This document shows positions 32,784 to 42,887 of a DNA stretch of 64,000 nt, one piece after another. The position numbers and the translations under genes are program-made. The stretch covers positions 31,920-95,919 of the forward strand of contig CBDCTA010000026.1 in assembly GCA_965221955.1 (NCBI GenBank), written 5' to 3'. A model generated the notes under the pieces. That model had not been told where the DNA came from. It saw nothing but the letters and a program-made list of their open reading frames with translations, and did no database searches. Numbering within the stretch: the stretch's first letter is position 1; each line of letters begins with the position of its first letter. Origin of the DNA: Gammaproteobacteria bacterium. GTDB taxonomy: Bacteria > Pseudomonadota > Gammaproteobacteria > UBA4575.

Positions 32784-34261
32784 GCCAGCATGTTGAGAGT
32801 ATTGCTGAAAATTTGTATGCGCTAACTGCGCGTAAGATGAAGCCACTCGTGATTGTGGTTGATGATGATAATCACTATATCTCTCATCATGGCGAATTAA
32901 CTGACTATCAACTTCCTGGTTTTGAGCCAGGAAACAGCTGCATTGAGGCGCTGCCATTTCTTGTGGGGTTAGAAAACGAGCCTTATATTTCTTTGCCCAT
33001 AATGAGCTTTAATGACAATAATATAACTAGCATAAATATCATAAAAATCAATTTGTACCGTTATATTGTTTTGCTTGAGGCTAAAGAGGAGCATAAACGT
33101 CAGCAACGAGCTACTCAAGATTCGAACGAAACTAAGCTTTTATACCAAAAGCTGCAACAATTAACTCAACAATTGGAAGTTGCTAATAATGCTAAATCGC
33201 GATTTATATCTAATATGTCGCATGAGTTTCGTACGCCCATTTCGTCAATTTTAGGTTATTCAGATATATTGGCTCAAAATAGTTCTTTAAATACTGAAGA
33301 AGGTCAACATGCAAAAGCGATTAATCGTAATGCAAAATATTTATTGTCACTAATTGATAATGTATTGGAGCATGCGCAACTAGAATCTGACAAGTTACTC
33401 GTTAATATTGCACCATTTTTGTTAAATGAACTTGTAGTAACCATTGGTGTAATGTTTGGTTCACAAGCTGAAGATTCAAAAATTGAATTTAATATTAAAA
33501 CGAGTGAATGCTTACCTGATGCAATCTATTCAGACCAAATACGTTTGCAGCAAATTTTAATTAATCTTATTGGCAATGCATTTAAATATACTGATCAAGG
33601 TTCGGTTACAGTTAGTTTTGATTGGATTGACGAAGAACTAGTAATTACTGTAGCAGATACAGGTCCAGGGATATCCAAAGAGCATCAGCCAAATATCTTT
33701 GATGCATACTCTAGATATAACGTTGGTGGCAAAAAAGGTGCAGGTTTAGGGCTTAATATTAGTGCGCAATTGGCAGAAAAATTGCGAGGCAATCTTGTTT
33801 TAAAATCACAATTTGGGGAGGGCTCGACTTTTATTTTGACTATTAAAGCGCCCATTGCTAATGCTGATGATATTGTAATAGGGCCTAAATCATCAAATGA
33901 TACTGTTAAGAGTGTGTTAGTAGTGGAAGATGATGAGGACTTAATAGAGTTGCTCAAAATTTACCTAGGTGAATACGGCTATAATACCCATACAGTAGAG
34001 AATGGTGAGATGGCCATACAAAAATGCAAATCTGAAAATTTTGATCTTGTGCTTTTAGATATGCAGTTACCAGAATTGAGCGGTATTGATGTGGTCAAAA
34101 GTCTGAGAAAAACACATGTTGATTTACCTATAATTGGTATGACAGCTTCTTCTAATAATGAAGATAAAATAAAAGCTTTAGATGCAGGTTGTAACGAATT
34201 TTTATCTAAACCGATTCAGCCAGCCTCGCTTGCAAACGCAATTAACAATTTTTTTAGTTAA
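32780..34261 (+). CDS. Cytoplasmic hybrid histidine kinase (HisKA-HATPase-REC)
   Basis: SHEFRTP, NAFKY, DTGPG, GLGL, C-terminal REC; ATGA overlap with the GTPase gene. Confidence 0.93.
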   Translation: MSQHVESIAENLYALTARKMKPLVIVVDDDNHYISHHGELTDYQLPGFEPGNSCIEALPFLVGLENEPYISLPIMSFNDNNITSINIIKINLYRYIVLLEAKEEHKRQQRATQDSNETKLLYQKLQQLTQQLEVANNAKSRFISNMSHEFRTPISSILGYSDILAQNSSLNTEEGQHAKAINRNAKYLLSLIDNVLEHAQLESDKLLVNIAPFLLNELVVTIGVMFGSQAEDSKIEFNIKTSECLPDAIYSDQIRLQQILINLIGNAFKYTDQGSVTVSFDWIDEELVITVADTGPGISKEHQPNIFDAYSRYNVGGKKGAGLGLNISAQLAEKLRGNLVLKSQFGEGSTFILTIKAPIANADDIVIGPKSSNDTVKSVLVVEDDEDLIELLKIYLGEYGYNTHTVENGEMAIQKCKSENFDLVLLDMQLPELSGIDVVKSLRKTHVDLPIIGMTASSNNEDKIKALDAGCNEFLSKPIQPASLANAINNFFS

Positions 34262-34265
34262 AATC

Positions 34266-34592
34266 ATGTCTGAATTGTCTGCCGATGCCAAAGAAAAATT
34301 GCTTGAGTTGAAAAAAGATTATGTAGTGAATCTTCCTAACAAAACAGCTCAGCTGAAATTAAGTTGGAATAATAATGATTTAGATGATTTACGCATGCAA
34401 TGTCATAAAATTGCTGGATCTTCTGCTTCGTTTGGCTTTCCTGATATTTCCTTTGCTGCTAAAACAATGGAAGCACTATGTAAAACTCGTATTGAACATA
34501 ATCAGCAAGTTATAGCCACACTAGAAGAAGATAAAACTTTATTAAATGCCTACCGAGTATTGCAAGAATCACTCGATAAACACTCATCCTAA
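34266..34592 (+). CDS. Stand-alone HPt protein
   Basis: HKIAGSSASFGF motif; ATG 4 nt after the kinase stop. Confidence 0.85.
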   Translation: MSELSADAKEKLLELKKDYVVNLPNKTAQLKLSWNNNDLDDLRMQCHKIAGSSASFGFPDISFAAKTMEALCKTRIEHNQQVIATLEEDKTLLNAYRVLQESLDKHSS

Positions 34593-34889
34593 AAAATTAA
34601 TTAATTCAATTATTTTCTGCACTTAAGTTGCATTTGTAATGTGTGCATTGCATTTTAAATATAAATTAAAAATTAGTTACTATGTTTAACTATTAAAAAT
34701 TAATATTAAAAATTTAAACATAAAGTGTTGATTTAATAGAGAAAGCATACATTGCATAATTTATTGGAAACGTAAATTATTCTTTAACTTTAATTTACAA
34801 TGCTGAGTAAAAAGTATGGCAGTTTGAATGCTATATTATTTCAGAATAAAAATATTATTCATTACACTAATTCATTGGGAGATATCAAA

Positions 34890-35954
34890 ATGAAACGTAT
34901 TAGTTTGCTGTTTGCAGCATTTTTAACTGCATTCATATTATCAGCTTGCCAAACTACGACTGAAACAGCCGAAGTGCCAGCAGAAATGTCTGAAGAGGAG
35001 AAAATTGCTGCAGAGATGGCTGCTGAGAGAGAGGCAAATATTGCAGCTTATGAAGCTGCAAAAAAGGAAAAAATGATGGAAATGGAAGGTGATTCTAGTA
35101 CCTCTGCTTCTGCACCTGCGATGTCAGCAGCATCAGGTGATCTTTATCCACCTAACGCTCGCCCAGGTGAGTGCTATGCGCGTATGTTAATTCCCGGTGA
35201 GAGTCGCACAATTACTGAAAAAGTTATAAAGAAAGAAGCTTCGGAAAGAGTTGAGATTATTCCTGCTACCTATAAGACTGTAACTAAGCGTGTTTTAGTT
35301 AAGCCTGAGACTACTAAGTTAGTTTCTGTTCCTGCTAAATATGGAACTAAAACTGAGCGAGTACAAATTTCTCCAGCTAAAACCGTTTGGAAGAAAGGTG
35401 CTGGTGCTATGGCCGCAGGTGCAGGGTCAGGTGCAGCTGGTGGTACAAGTGCAGCAGCAATTGTAGATCGTTTTGGTAATCAAAAGATTATTGGTTCAAG
35501 AGTTACCGATACAGGTGAATTAATGTGTTTGGTTGAAATACCAGCTCAATACAAAAATGTTACTAAGACTGTTTTGGTTAGCCCTGCTACAACTAAGACT
35601 GTTACTTCTCCCGCAGAATATAAAACTGTACAAGTAACTGAACTTGTAACCCCAGCTCAAGAAAAGCGTATTGCAATTCCTGAAGAGTATGGAACGGTAA
35701 CGCGTACTGAACAGGTGCGTGCTGAGCAATTAACTTGGGTGCCAGTTCTTTGCCAAGTAAATATGACTACTGGAAATGTTACTCAGTTACAACGAGCGCT
35801 TAAGAAACAAGGCTGCTATCAATGTGAAGTTGATGGAATTATGGGTCCATGTACTTTGCGTGGTTCTCAATGCTATGCGAAGAGAAAAGGTCTTCCTTAC
35901 GGCACAAACTTTGTAACGTTAGAAACCATTCGTTCGCTGGGTCTTAAATTCTAA
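34890..35954 (+). CDS. Lipoprotein with PAxY/KTV repeats and C-terminal peptidoglycan-binding-like domain
   Basis: GGAG RBS, lipobox LSAC, repeated PA(T/K/Q/E)Y units, LQRAL...VDGIMG. Confidence 0.75.
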   Translation: MKRISLLFAAFLTAFILSACQTTTETAEVPAEMSEEEKIAAEMAAEREANIAAYEAAKKEKMMEMEGDSSTSASAPAMSAASGDLYPPNARPGECYARMLIPGESRTITEKVIKKEASERVEIIPATYKTVTKRVLVKPETTKLVSVPAKYGTKTERVQISPAKTVWKKGAGAMAAGAGSGAAGGTSAAAIVDRFGNQKIIGSRVTDTGELMCLVEIPAQYKNVTKTVLVSPATTKTVTSPAEYKTVQVTELVTPAQEKRIAIPEEYGTVTRTEQVRAEQLTWVPVLCQVNMTTGNVTQLQRALKKQGCYQCEVDGIMGPCTLRGSQCYAKRKGLPYGTNFVTLETIRSLGLKF

Positions 35955-36004
35955 GTTATCGCGCTAATAATTTTAGATTAGCAATAATCTAATACTGCTT
36001 TTAG

Positions 36005-36033
36005 AACGCCACGCTCATGCGTGGCGTTTTTTA
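36005..36033 (+). terminator. Intrinsic terminator
   Basis: AACGCCACGC-TCAT-GCGTGGCGTT plus T run. Confidence 0.85.
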
Positions 36034-36237
36034 TTACTGGTTAGGGATATACTGATAGTGTTATATCTTAAGCACGAATGATTGATCCAATAGTCTGTTG
36101 AATTTAGCATTTAGTAGCGAATAGGGTTCAATAATTGTTGAATTGTCATTATTATCATTTACTTATTGCCATCTGAATTAGTAAATATAAGCATTTTTCA
36201 CCTCATTCCATTTAGTTTCTAGATACTCGTTGTTTAT

Positions 36238-36969
36238 ATGAATATTCAAATTATTTCCGATGTTCACCTTGAGTTTGGGAGTTTTGAACTGCCAGATGGA
36301 CAATGCGACGTGTTAGTCGCTGCAGGAGATATTGGTGTAGGTCTTGAAGGTCTAGAGTGGTTACAAACCTTAGATATACCTGTGATTTATGTCGCCGGTA
36401 ACCATGAATATTGGGGTTATGAAATGCAGGATCTACAAGAAGATTTCATCGATATTAGCAAAGGCAGTAATGTGCGCTTTTTGGAAAAGAAGAGTGTGGT
36501 GATCAAAGGGGTGCGCTTTATAGGGTGTACATTATGGACGGATTTTAACGAGTGTGAAGACAAGGACATGATGGATGACTTGCAAAATATTATGAACGAT
36601 TTTAGGTATATCTCATTGAACAAATCACCTATTACTCCAGAAAATTTAATTGAGATAAATCATGATAGTGTGAATTGGCTGGGTCGAGAGGTCGGAAAAG
36701 AATATGAAGGTCCGACTGTTGTAGTTACTCATCATGCCCCAGTAAAGAAAAGCTGGGCTGCAGACCCTGATGATTATTTGAAGTTTGCATACTGCAACCA
36801 GCTGGAGCCTATGTTGAAAGAAAACCAAATTGATTTATGGATACACGGTCATATCCACCATGCTAGTGATTACAGGAAACATGGTACACGTGTAATATGT
36901 AACCCACGCGGCTATAAAGGCTATCAGATTGTAGAAAATTTTGATGCTGCGAAAACATATAAAGTTTGA
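36238..36969 (+). CDS. Calcineurin-like metallophosphoesterase
   Basis: SDVH, AGD, GNHE, THH, HGHIH, NPRGY. Confidence 0.92.
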   Translation: MNIQIISDVHLEFGSFELPDGQCDVLVAAGDIGVGLEGLEWLQTLDIPVIYVAGNHEYWGYEMQDLQEDFIDISKGSNVRFLEKKSVVIKGVRFIGCTLWTDFNECEDKDMMDDLQNIMNDFRYISLNKSPITPENLIEINHDSVNWLGREVGKEYEGPTVVVTHHAPVKKSWAADPDDYLKFAYCNQLEPMLKENQIDLWIHGHIHHASDYRKHGTRVICNPRGYKGYQIVENFDAAKTYKV

Positions 36970-37011
36970 TGGTCTGCTGCATAATAAGCATTTCATTGAT
37001 ATCATAAATAT

Positions 37012-37350
37012 ATGGCAACAAAAAATATTTTTAAAGTAAGTTTCTATAATCAAAGCAATGTCTATGAAATTTATGCGAGTAAAGTATACCAATCAGACTT
37101 GCACGGTTTTATTACTATAGAAGAGCTTCGTTTCCACGAGCGTACTAGCGTTGTGGTAGACCCAAGTGAAGAGAAACTCAAAACTGAATTTGAGCAAGTC
37201 AAACGATTTTTCGTACCTATGCACGCTATAATTCGTATCGACGAAGTTAAAAAAGAAGGTGTGGCTAAAATTTCAGAAGCAGGCGAAAATATCGCGCACT
37301 TTCCATCGCATATCTATAACGCGAGTAACGATAAAGATTCTAAATCTTAA
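37012..37350 (+). CDS. DUF1820 family protein
   Basis: VYEIYA, VVVDPSEEKLK.EF, PMHAIIRIDEV. Confidence 0.8.
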   Translation: MATKNIFKVSFYNQSNVYEIYASKVYQSDLHGFITIEELRFHERTSVVVDPSEEKLKTEFEQVKRFFVPMHAIIRIDEVKKEGVAKISEAGENIAHFPSHIYNASNDKDSKS

Positions 37351-37416
37351 ATTTTTTCGTTAATTAAATTAGACACTAGAAATCCTTAGTCTGATAAAAT
37401 CTAGTCGGATAACTGT

Positions 37417-37507
37417 GGAGAGATGCCGGAGTGGTCGAACGGGCTCGCCTGGAAAGTGAGTGTGTCCTAATAGGGCACCGAGGGTTCGAATCCCTCTCTC
37501 TCCGCCA
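37417..37507 (+). tRNA. tRNA-Ser(GGA), integration hotspot
   Basis: GGAGAGA/TCTCTCC acceptor stem, anticodon loop CT-GGA-AA (37451-37453), long variable arm, GGTTCGAATCC, encoded CCA. Confidence 0.97.
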
Positions 37508-37758
37508 GCCAGTCTTGTCTCTTGCAAGAGACGCTAGATGTTGAGCAGAAAAGGCCTATTTCTGCAGGGATTTGCGAAAAGAAAAACCTGCAAGGGGCGC
37601 CCTACAATTTGTTTTTGCCCTCAATACTGCCAAAAGTCTCTTTTGTGAATTTCGCGGTGCCCCTTTGGGTAATCCATTGATTGGGTCAAATATAGCTTTA
37701 TTCAGTCTTGTTTACATTATGAATGTCCGCTTTCGGCCAATAGCGGACATTTAAATTT

Positions 37759-38463
37759 CTAGTATTCTACTGCTTTGTACGTTCTACCTTCTATTGGAGG
37801 TGTATCTAACGGCTCAGCATTTTTAAATGTAACTGGAACAGTCTTACATCCATGTAATATAGAATCTTTTGGATATTCAATTGCTCGAATATTGCAATCT
37901 TTATAATCCTTTTCAAAAATCGAAAAGTGTAAATGAGGGTCAAGCGCATAGCCTGATTGACCACTTTTACCTATAACTTGGCCCTGTTTAACTTTTTCTC
38001 CAATCTCAACAAAACTTCCAAAACTTGTTAAATGCACATAAGCAGAGACTCTTCCGTCATCATGTTCTATTGCAATAAAGTTTTGTTTCGTAACATCATT
38101 GGTGTTGTCATCCCAAAGTTCATCAACATTAATCACAACCCCATCTGCTACCGCTACAATTTCATCACCAATTGGCATCGAAAAATCATAGGCAAATTGT
38201 ATATCGCCAACTGAACCACCCTTCATCTCTGAGGCAGGTTGATGTGTGAGCATTCCACAATTGCCTTGGCCTACTACATAGGCTGCACCAACTGGATATG
38301 GGAGGATATATTTTGATTCCTCAGCAGGGGTGTATTCTGATAACCAGCAACCCTTAACATGACCAATACGAACATCATCTTCTCTTGAAATCTCGGTCTG
38401 CTGATTTGTTGTGCTACACGAGAAAACAGATAAAACTATTATTGCTGTAACTATTTTGTTCAT
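37759..38463 (-). CDS. M23 family peptidase, lipoprotein
   Basis: Lipobox VFSC, YDFSMPIG, YVHL, HLHF. Confidence 0.88.
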   Translation of the reverse strand: MNKIVTAIIVLSVFSCSTTNQQTEISREDDVRIGHVKGCWLSEYTPAEESKYILPYPVGAAYVVGQGNCGMLTHQPASEMKGGSVGDIQFAYDFSMPIGDEIVAVADGVVINVDELWDDNTNDVTKQNFIAIEHDDGRVSAYVHLTSFGSFVEIGEKVKQGQVIGKSGQSGYALDPHLHFSIFEKDYKDCNIRAIEYPKDSILHGCKTVPVTFKNAEPLDTPPIEGRTYKAVEY

Positions 38464-38530
38464 GGTAATCCCATATTTTAAAATGTCCGCTTTAGGTCGT
38501 TAGTGGATATATACTTCCCTACAATTGTTT

Positions 38531-39976
38531 CTAATTTCTCACATTTCTTATCATATCCAGATAAGAGTCCAAATGCCCTCTAACAGGCTCATTAATTTCT
38601 TTATTATCTGAAATCTCCATTACTGTATTATCTTTGTTTAATGTAATTAAATTACTTGTAGATTTTCTTGTTATGCCTTGATTTAATTGTTTTTGTTTAT
38701 TTATCGATTCTAATTGCATAGCTAGCTTAGCTTGAAGAGCTTTGTTGCGATCGATTAATTGCTGATTAAGTAACACATACTCTTCTTGTTTAGCTTGACC
38801 TATATGGAAGTATTTAATCTTTTTTTCATATTGATTCTTGAGCATGTCTTGCATGTCACTAAGGGCTAAAATTTTTTCTTGATGTCTTTGTCCTAACAGC
38901 CTTATTTGTAGTAAATATGCTTCGGATTTATTGGGTGAAATTGTTTGTGCAATCTGCAAATACTCTGTTGCAGCTTCGTAATTATTGGTTCGTAATTGGC
39001 TTTCTGCTAATGAAGTGTAGTGTTGATAAATTCGACTGATGCCAAATTGAGCCTCACTATTATCACCATCTATGAGTAATATTTTTTGATATGTCTCTAA
39101 TGCATTGTCTCCTCTTGGAGAGTTGAGTCTCCCCTTTATTAAATGAGAAGTCGCGAGCGCGTGTAGTTCTTTTATAGATTCATTATCTCCTAAATCTTGA
39201 CTGTTGTTAGCTATAATTGGATCGTCGCTTGATAGTGTTTGATCGGTCGAATCTATTTTGTTTAGATTAGAGATGTTCTCCCAAAATGGCGCATCGTTAA
39301 AAACCAATAATCCTATCGTTAACATTAATGCTGCTAACGAACTTGCGGATAGGGCTATAGATAGTTTAATCAAAGAATCTACATTGGCTGCTTTAATCCT
39401 CAACCATTTATTTAACGAATCTACTGACGCACTCTTTATTTTAGGCAAGTTACATATTTTATATACCTTGATGGGTTGTTTGATATTAGGCACTCTGAAC
39501 TTCGCCACATACGAGATTGAGAAAGGAATGTATTTATTCAGCTGCAAATGAGCTTGCTCCGACAAATAAATATCATTGGGCGTAGCAAGCTCTTGCAATC
39601 TCGCAGTTATGTTCACTTCATTACCATAAGGTTCACCTTCATCCAACACAATGTATCCATAGTTGACTCCGATTCGAAAATTTATTTGTTCAGAAGTCGG
39701 CGAATGATTATTAAGATTTGTTGCAGCAGTTTGAATTTCTGAAGCACAATAGACAGCTTCTTCTGATGTTGGGAAAGTCGCCATCACACTATCCCCACGT
39801 AATCGTACAATCGTTCCGCGCTTACTTTTTACTATTTTTTTAATAACTCGAAAACGTTGGGTTAGATTCTCATGCGTTTTTGTTTCATTGGTTTCTGTTA
39901 ATTCTGAATAGTTAACAATATCTGCAAGAAGAATTGCACATTTTATTTGAGTCAGTTTTCCAGATGGGAGATTCAT
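38531..39976 (-). CDS. Class III adenylate/guanylate cyclase domain membrane protein with TPR-like C-terminus
   Basis: ADIVNY, GDS, FRIGVN, G..VN..ARL; one TM; helical repeats. Confidence 0.85.
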   Translation of the reverse strand: MNLPSGKLTQIKCAILLADIVNYSELTETNETKTHENLTQRFRVIKKIVKSKRGTIVRLRGDSVMATFPTSEEAVYCASEIQTAATNLNNHSPTSEQINFRIGVNYGYIVLDEGEPYGNEVNITARLQELATPNDIYLSEQAHLQLNKYIPFSISYVAKFRVPNIKQPIKVYKICNLPKIKSASVDSLNKWLRIKAANVDSLIKLSIALSASSLAALMLTIGLLVFNDAPFWENISNLNKIDSTDQTLSSDDPIIANNSQDLGDNESIKELHALATSHLIKGRLNSPRGDNALETYQKILLIDGDNSEAQFGISRIYQHYTSLAESQLRTNNYEAATEYLQIAQTISPNKSEAYLLQIRLLGQRHQEKILALSDMQDMLKNQYEKKIKYFHIGQAKQEEYVLLNQQLIDRNKALQAKLAMQLESINKQKQLNQGITRKSTSNLITLNKDNTVMEISDNKEINEPVRGHLDSYLDMIRNVRN

Positions 39977-40055
39977 ACTGCACCTCCATTGTCATTTTTG
40001 ACTATATTTCTCGAAATGTTATGTAGCAGTCCTGCTCATGATGTCACAACTATAT

Positions 40056-40195
40056 AGTGATATAAATCACTGATAAATTGTGACAATTATTATTTTCGTT
40101 CTAACGTGTTGATTTTAATCAGTGTGTCTTGTTTTCAGAAATTAAAACTCCTTAACTGTATTCCTTGTTACTAAATCTTAGTGACTAAAGTCACT
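40056..40195. promoter_or_regulatory. Two CRP-like palindromes in a divergent promoter region
   Basis: AGTGA-TATAAA-TCACT (40056-40071) and AGTGA-CTAAAG-TCACT (40180-40195). Confidence 0.5.
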
Positions 40196-40286
40196 TACTC
40201 ATTGAGATAAAAGCACTAGTCTGTAGCTGATAGACAAAATAACGACATCAATATTTGAGACTTCGAATAAGTAGAAGTAATAAAAA

Positions 40287-41021
40287 ATGAGTAAATACGA
40301 GTATTTTACGGTGGGATGCCGATCATTATTAATCGTGATGACCATTAGTTGTAGTGGAGGTGGAGGTGGAGGTGGAGATGGTGTATCACAAGGTACTCGC
40401 GTACCAAACACATCTGTATTTGGATGTTTTTTAGAAGACTATCCTGATCCCACAACTTCTGAATATATTCTTCCTTATCAGGTTGGAATGTCATTTGTAA
40501 TGAATCAAGGTAATTGCGGTCAATTTATTACACACCGACCTATGTGCACAGCAATTAATGCAATGGGACAAATTGTTAGTTGTGGTGACGGTAGATATGC
40601 TTATGATTTTGCTATGCCAATTGGCATAGTAATACTTGCTACTCGCGGAGGAACAGTAACAAATATCATAGACGGGTTTAGCAATTCAACCAACAGAGTA
40701 GACCAAGCTAACTTTATTACGATAGAACATGCTGATGGCTCTGTGGCTTCGTATATCCACTTATCTCCAAATAGCTTTATGGTTAATGTAGGGGATGTAG
40801 TTCTGCAAGGAGACCCGATAGGATTGAGTGGATCTAGTGGTTTTACTGATCCTGGTTTTAGTAATCCACATCTACATTTTAATGTAATTGTTCCTCCTTT
40901 TGATTTTTGTACAACTACTGATTTTTCTGGTTGTCTAACAATCCCTGTGACTTTCAGAAATGCAAACCCATTAGATGCGCCACTTATTGAAGGGAAAACT
41001 TATAGTGCATTACCTTTTTAA
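40287..41021 (+). CDS. M23 family peptidase, lipoprotein (paralog of 37759-38463)
   Basis: ISC + poly-Gly linker, YDFAMPIG, YIHL, HLHF; shares QGNCG and PVTF.NA.PLD motifs with the paralog. Confidence 0.88.
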   Translation: MSKYEYFTVGCRSLLIVMTISCSGGGGGGGDGVSQGTRVPNTSVFGCFLEDYPDPTTSEYILPYQVGMSFVMNQGNCGQFITHRPMCTAINAMGQIVSCGDGRYAYDFAMPIGIVILATRGGTVTNIIDGFSNSTNRVDQANFITIEHADGSVASYIHLSPNSFMVNVGDVVLQGDPIGLSGSSGFTDPGFSNPHLHFNVIVPPFDFCTTTDFSGCLTIPVTFRNANPLDAPLIEGKTYSALPF

Positions 41022-41161
41022 CAGGTGAAATTTAAAGACAGAAATTAGATTGACACCAATGTCCGCTTTGGGTCGTTAGCGGTCATTTTAAGTTTGTAGT
41101 TCATTGATTCCAACCTGTTGCTCCCCTAATTATGTCCGCTTTCGGCCAATAGCGGTCATTA

Positions 41162-41365
41162 CTAAGACTGGATGAAAAAGCTATACGCCAGCACAGCAAA
41201 ACCAAAAATAATAATTCCTATTGGCACTCCACTGTCATAAGACGGATTCATCGAACCTTTATCTGGTAAGACAAACCCAGACTGATACCAAAGAAATACT
41301 CCGAGGATAACTATTCCAACACCAATTAGCATTACGAAATATTTATAAATCAAAGCTTTCTTCAT
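41162..41365 (-). CDS. Small two-TM membrane protein
   Basis: Two hydrophobic helices; fills the space between two hairpin repeats almost exactly. Confidence 0.65.
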   Translation of the reverse strand: MKKALIYKYFVMLIGVGIVILGVFLWYQSGFVLPDKGSMNPSYDSGVPIGIIIFGFAVLAYSFFIQS

Positions 41366-41597
41366 CTAATTATGTATGAATATAAATATCCGCTTTAGGT
41401 CGGAAGCGGTCATATTAAGTCTGTTATTTTGTGATTCCAATCTGATTATCCCTTAAATAGTTTAAATTATGTCTGCTTACGGCCAATAGCGGTCATTCAT
41501 TATAGTGAGTAAAGTATTGAAGCAGATATAATTCATTGATGGTAACTACTCATCATTTCTGCGACACTATTGTCACCTTATCTCATTGGAGTTTGTT

Positions 41598-41942
41598 ATG
41601 GCTACGAAAACGAAAAAAAAGAAATCAGCAAAGAAGCGCACGATAACTAGTATTAAACAGGAATTGACCACCTTAAGAAAGGTAGCCAGGAAAGAAACCG
41701 ATGCTTTGAAAAAGGTGGCTGCGAAAGATACGGCAGCCTTGAAAAAAAAGATAGCTCAGCTAAATGCAAGGAGCAAAAGAGAAGCAGCTGCCCTAAAAAA
41801 GAAGGTCGTCACTGCGGAAAAAAAAGCCGAGGCTGAAATTGCTGCGTTGAAAAAGGCATATACAGCATCAAAGAAAGCTTACACTGCGTCTAAGAAAAAA
41901 GTATCTAAGAAGAAGGTAGAAAGGAAGAAGTCACAAACTTGA
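41598..41942 (+). CDS. Lys/Ala-rich histone H1-like basic protein
   Basis: GGAG RBS before ATG 41598; ALKK repeats, strongly basic. Confidence 0.7.
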   Translation: MATKTKKKKSAKKRTITSIKQELTTLRKVARKETDALKKVAAKDTAALKKKIAQLNARSKREAAALKKKVVTAEKKAEAEIAALKKAYTASKKAYTASKKKVSKKKVERKKSQT

Positions 41943-42156
41943 AATACGAGCAAGAAATAAACATTTTTTTCGATAGATTGAATTCGCAGAACTTATATAA
42001 CCAGATATCTTAGATCGTTTTCGTTGGTAAATATAATGTCCGCTTTCGCTCAATAGCGGACATTGTTAGTCGTAGGGGCTCATTCTTGCCATTCTTGAAT
42101 TGCTTTAACTACTATCGAGCTTTTTCTCAGAATACATAAAAGAGCATTACATAAAA

Positions 42157-42417
42157 CTATTTAATTCTCATTGCTTCCACAACTTCACCGCCATCAACTT
42201 TTGTTAGTGTAGCGCCACAAGCAATAACCTCAGTATCAGCAGGCCAGCTAATTACATAGGACCTATCAATTCGATTGATTTCCCAAACTGAACCATCTTC
42301 AAGAGTTACCATGCTTCCGTCGCTAGTTTTTTCTTTAATCAAGTGGCCTTCATCGCACCCAATCGCTATGGCGGAAAAACTTAACAACACTATGAAAGCT
42401 AATTTTAATGTCTTCAT
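42157..42417 (-). CDS. Small exported protein
   Basis: Signal peptide, two Cys, LEDGSVW beta-rich motif. Confidence 0.7.
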   Translation of the reverse strand: MKTLKLAFIVLLSFSAIAIGCDEGHLIKEKTSDGSMVTLEDGSVWEINRIDRSYVISWPADTEVIACGATLTKVDGGEVVEAMRIK

Positions 42418-42549
42418 TCTTATTACCCTTGAATCGCTCTAGCTATTCTCGAAAAGTTTCCCAGATTCGTTAAAGAATATAGCTGAAAGCTAATGATTAA
42501 TTGATTTAAATCATAAAAATTATCATGAGTATTTAGCTAGAATAACGTT

Positions 42550-42742
42550 GTGCTAAGCGGGTTAGCACAGTACGTTGGATAGCCAGTTGAGGGAGTAATT
42601 ACACCAGGCTAGCTAACGAAAACCAAATAGTGGTTTGCCTAACTGCCGATTCGCCATCCTCAAGGCGTGGCTTGAAAAGGTACAAAATTAATCCGTAAGA
42701 AGCCCCGTCTATAAACTAGTATTAATGAGATGGGGCTTTTTT
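42550..42742 (+). ncRNA. Candidate structured sRNA with FNR-like promoter and terminator
   Basis: TTGAT-N4-ATCAT at 42501, TAGAAT at 42538, several helices, terminator 42701-42742, no ORF. Confidence 0.5.
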
Positions 42743-42887
42743 ATTTGTTCCACTATAATTATGCCGCTAATTATTCAGCATGTCCGAATTGGGTCGTTAG
42801 CGGTCATTTTGAAGATTTGTTTTGAAGATTCCAACCTGACTTTCCCTAAATTTATTTAAATTCTGTTCGAATTCGGCCAATAGCGGA

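Noticed and set aside
822-36828. Numerous 60-95 aa ORFs overlapping long genes
   Set aside because: Antisense or alternate-frame shadows of well-supported CDSs, with no motifs
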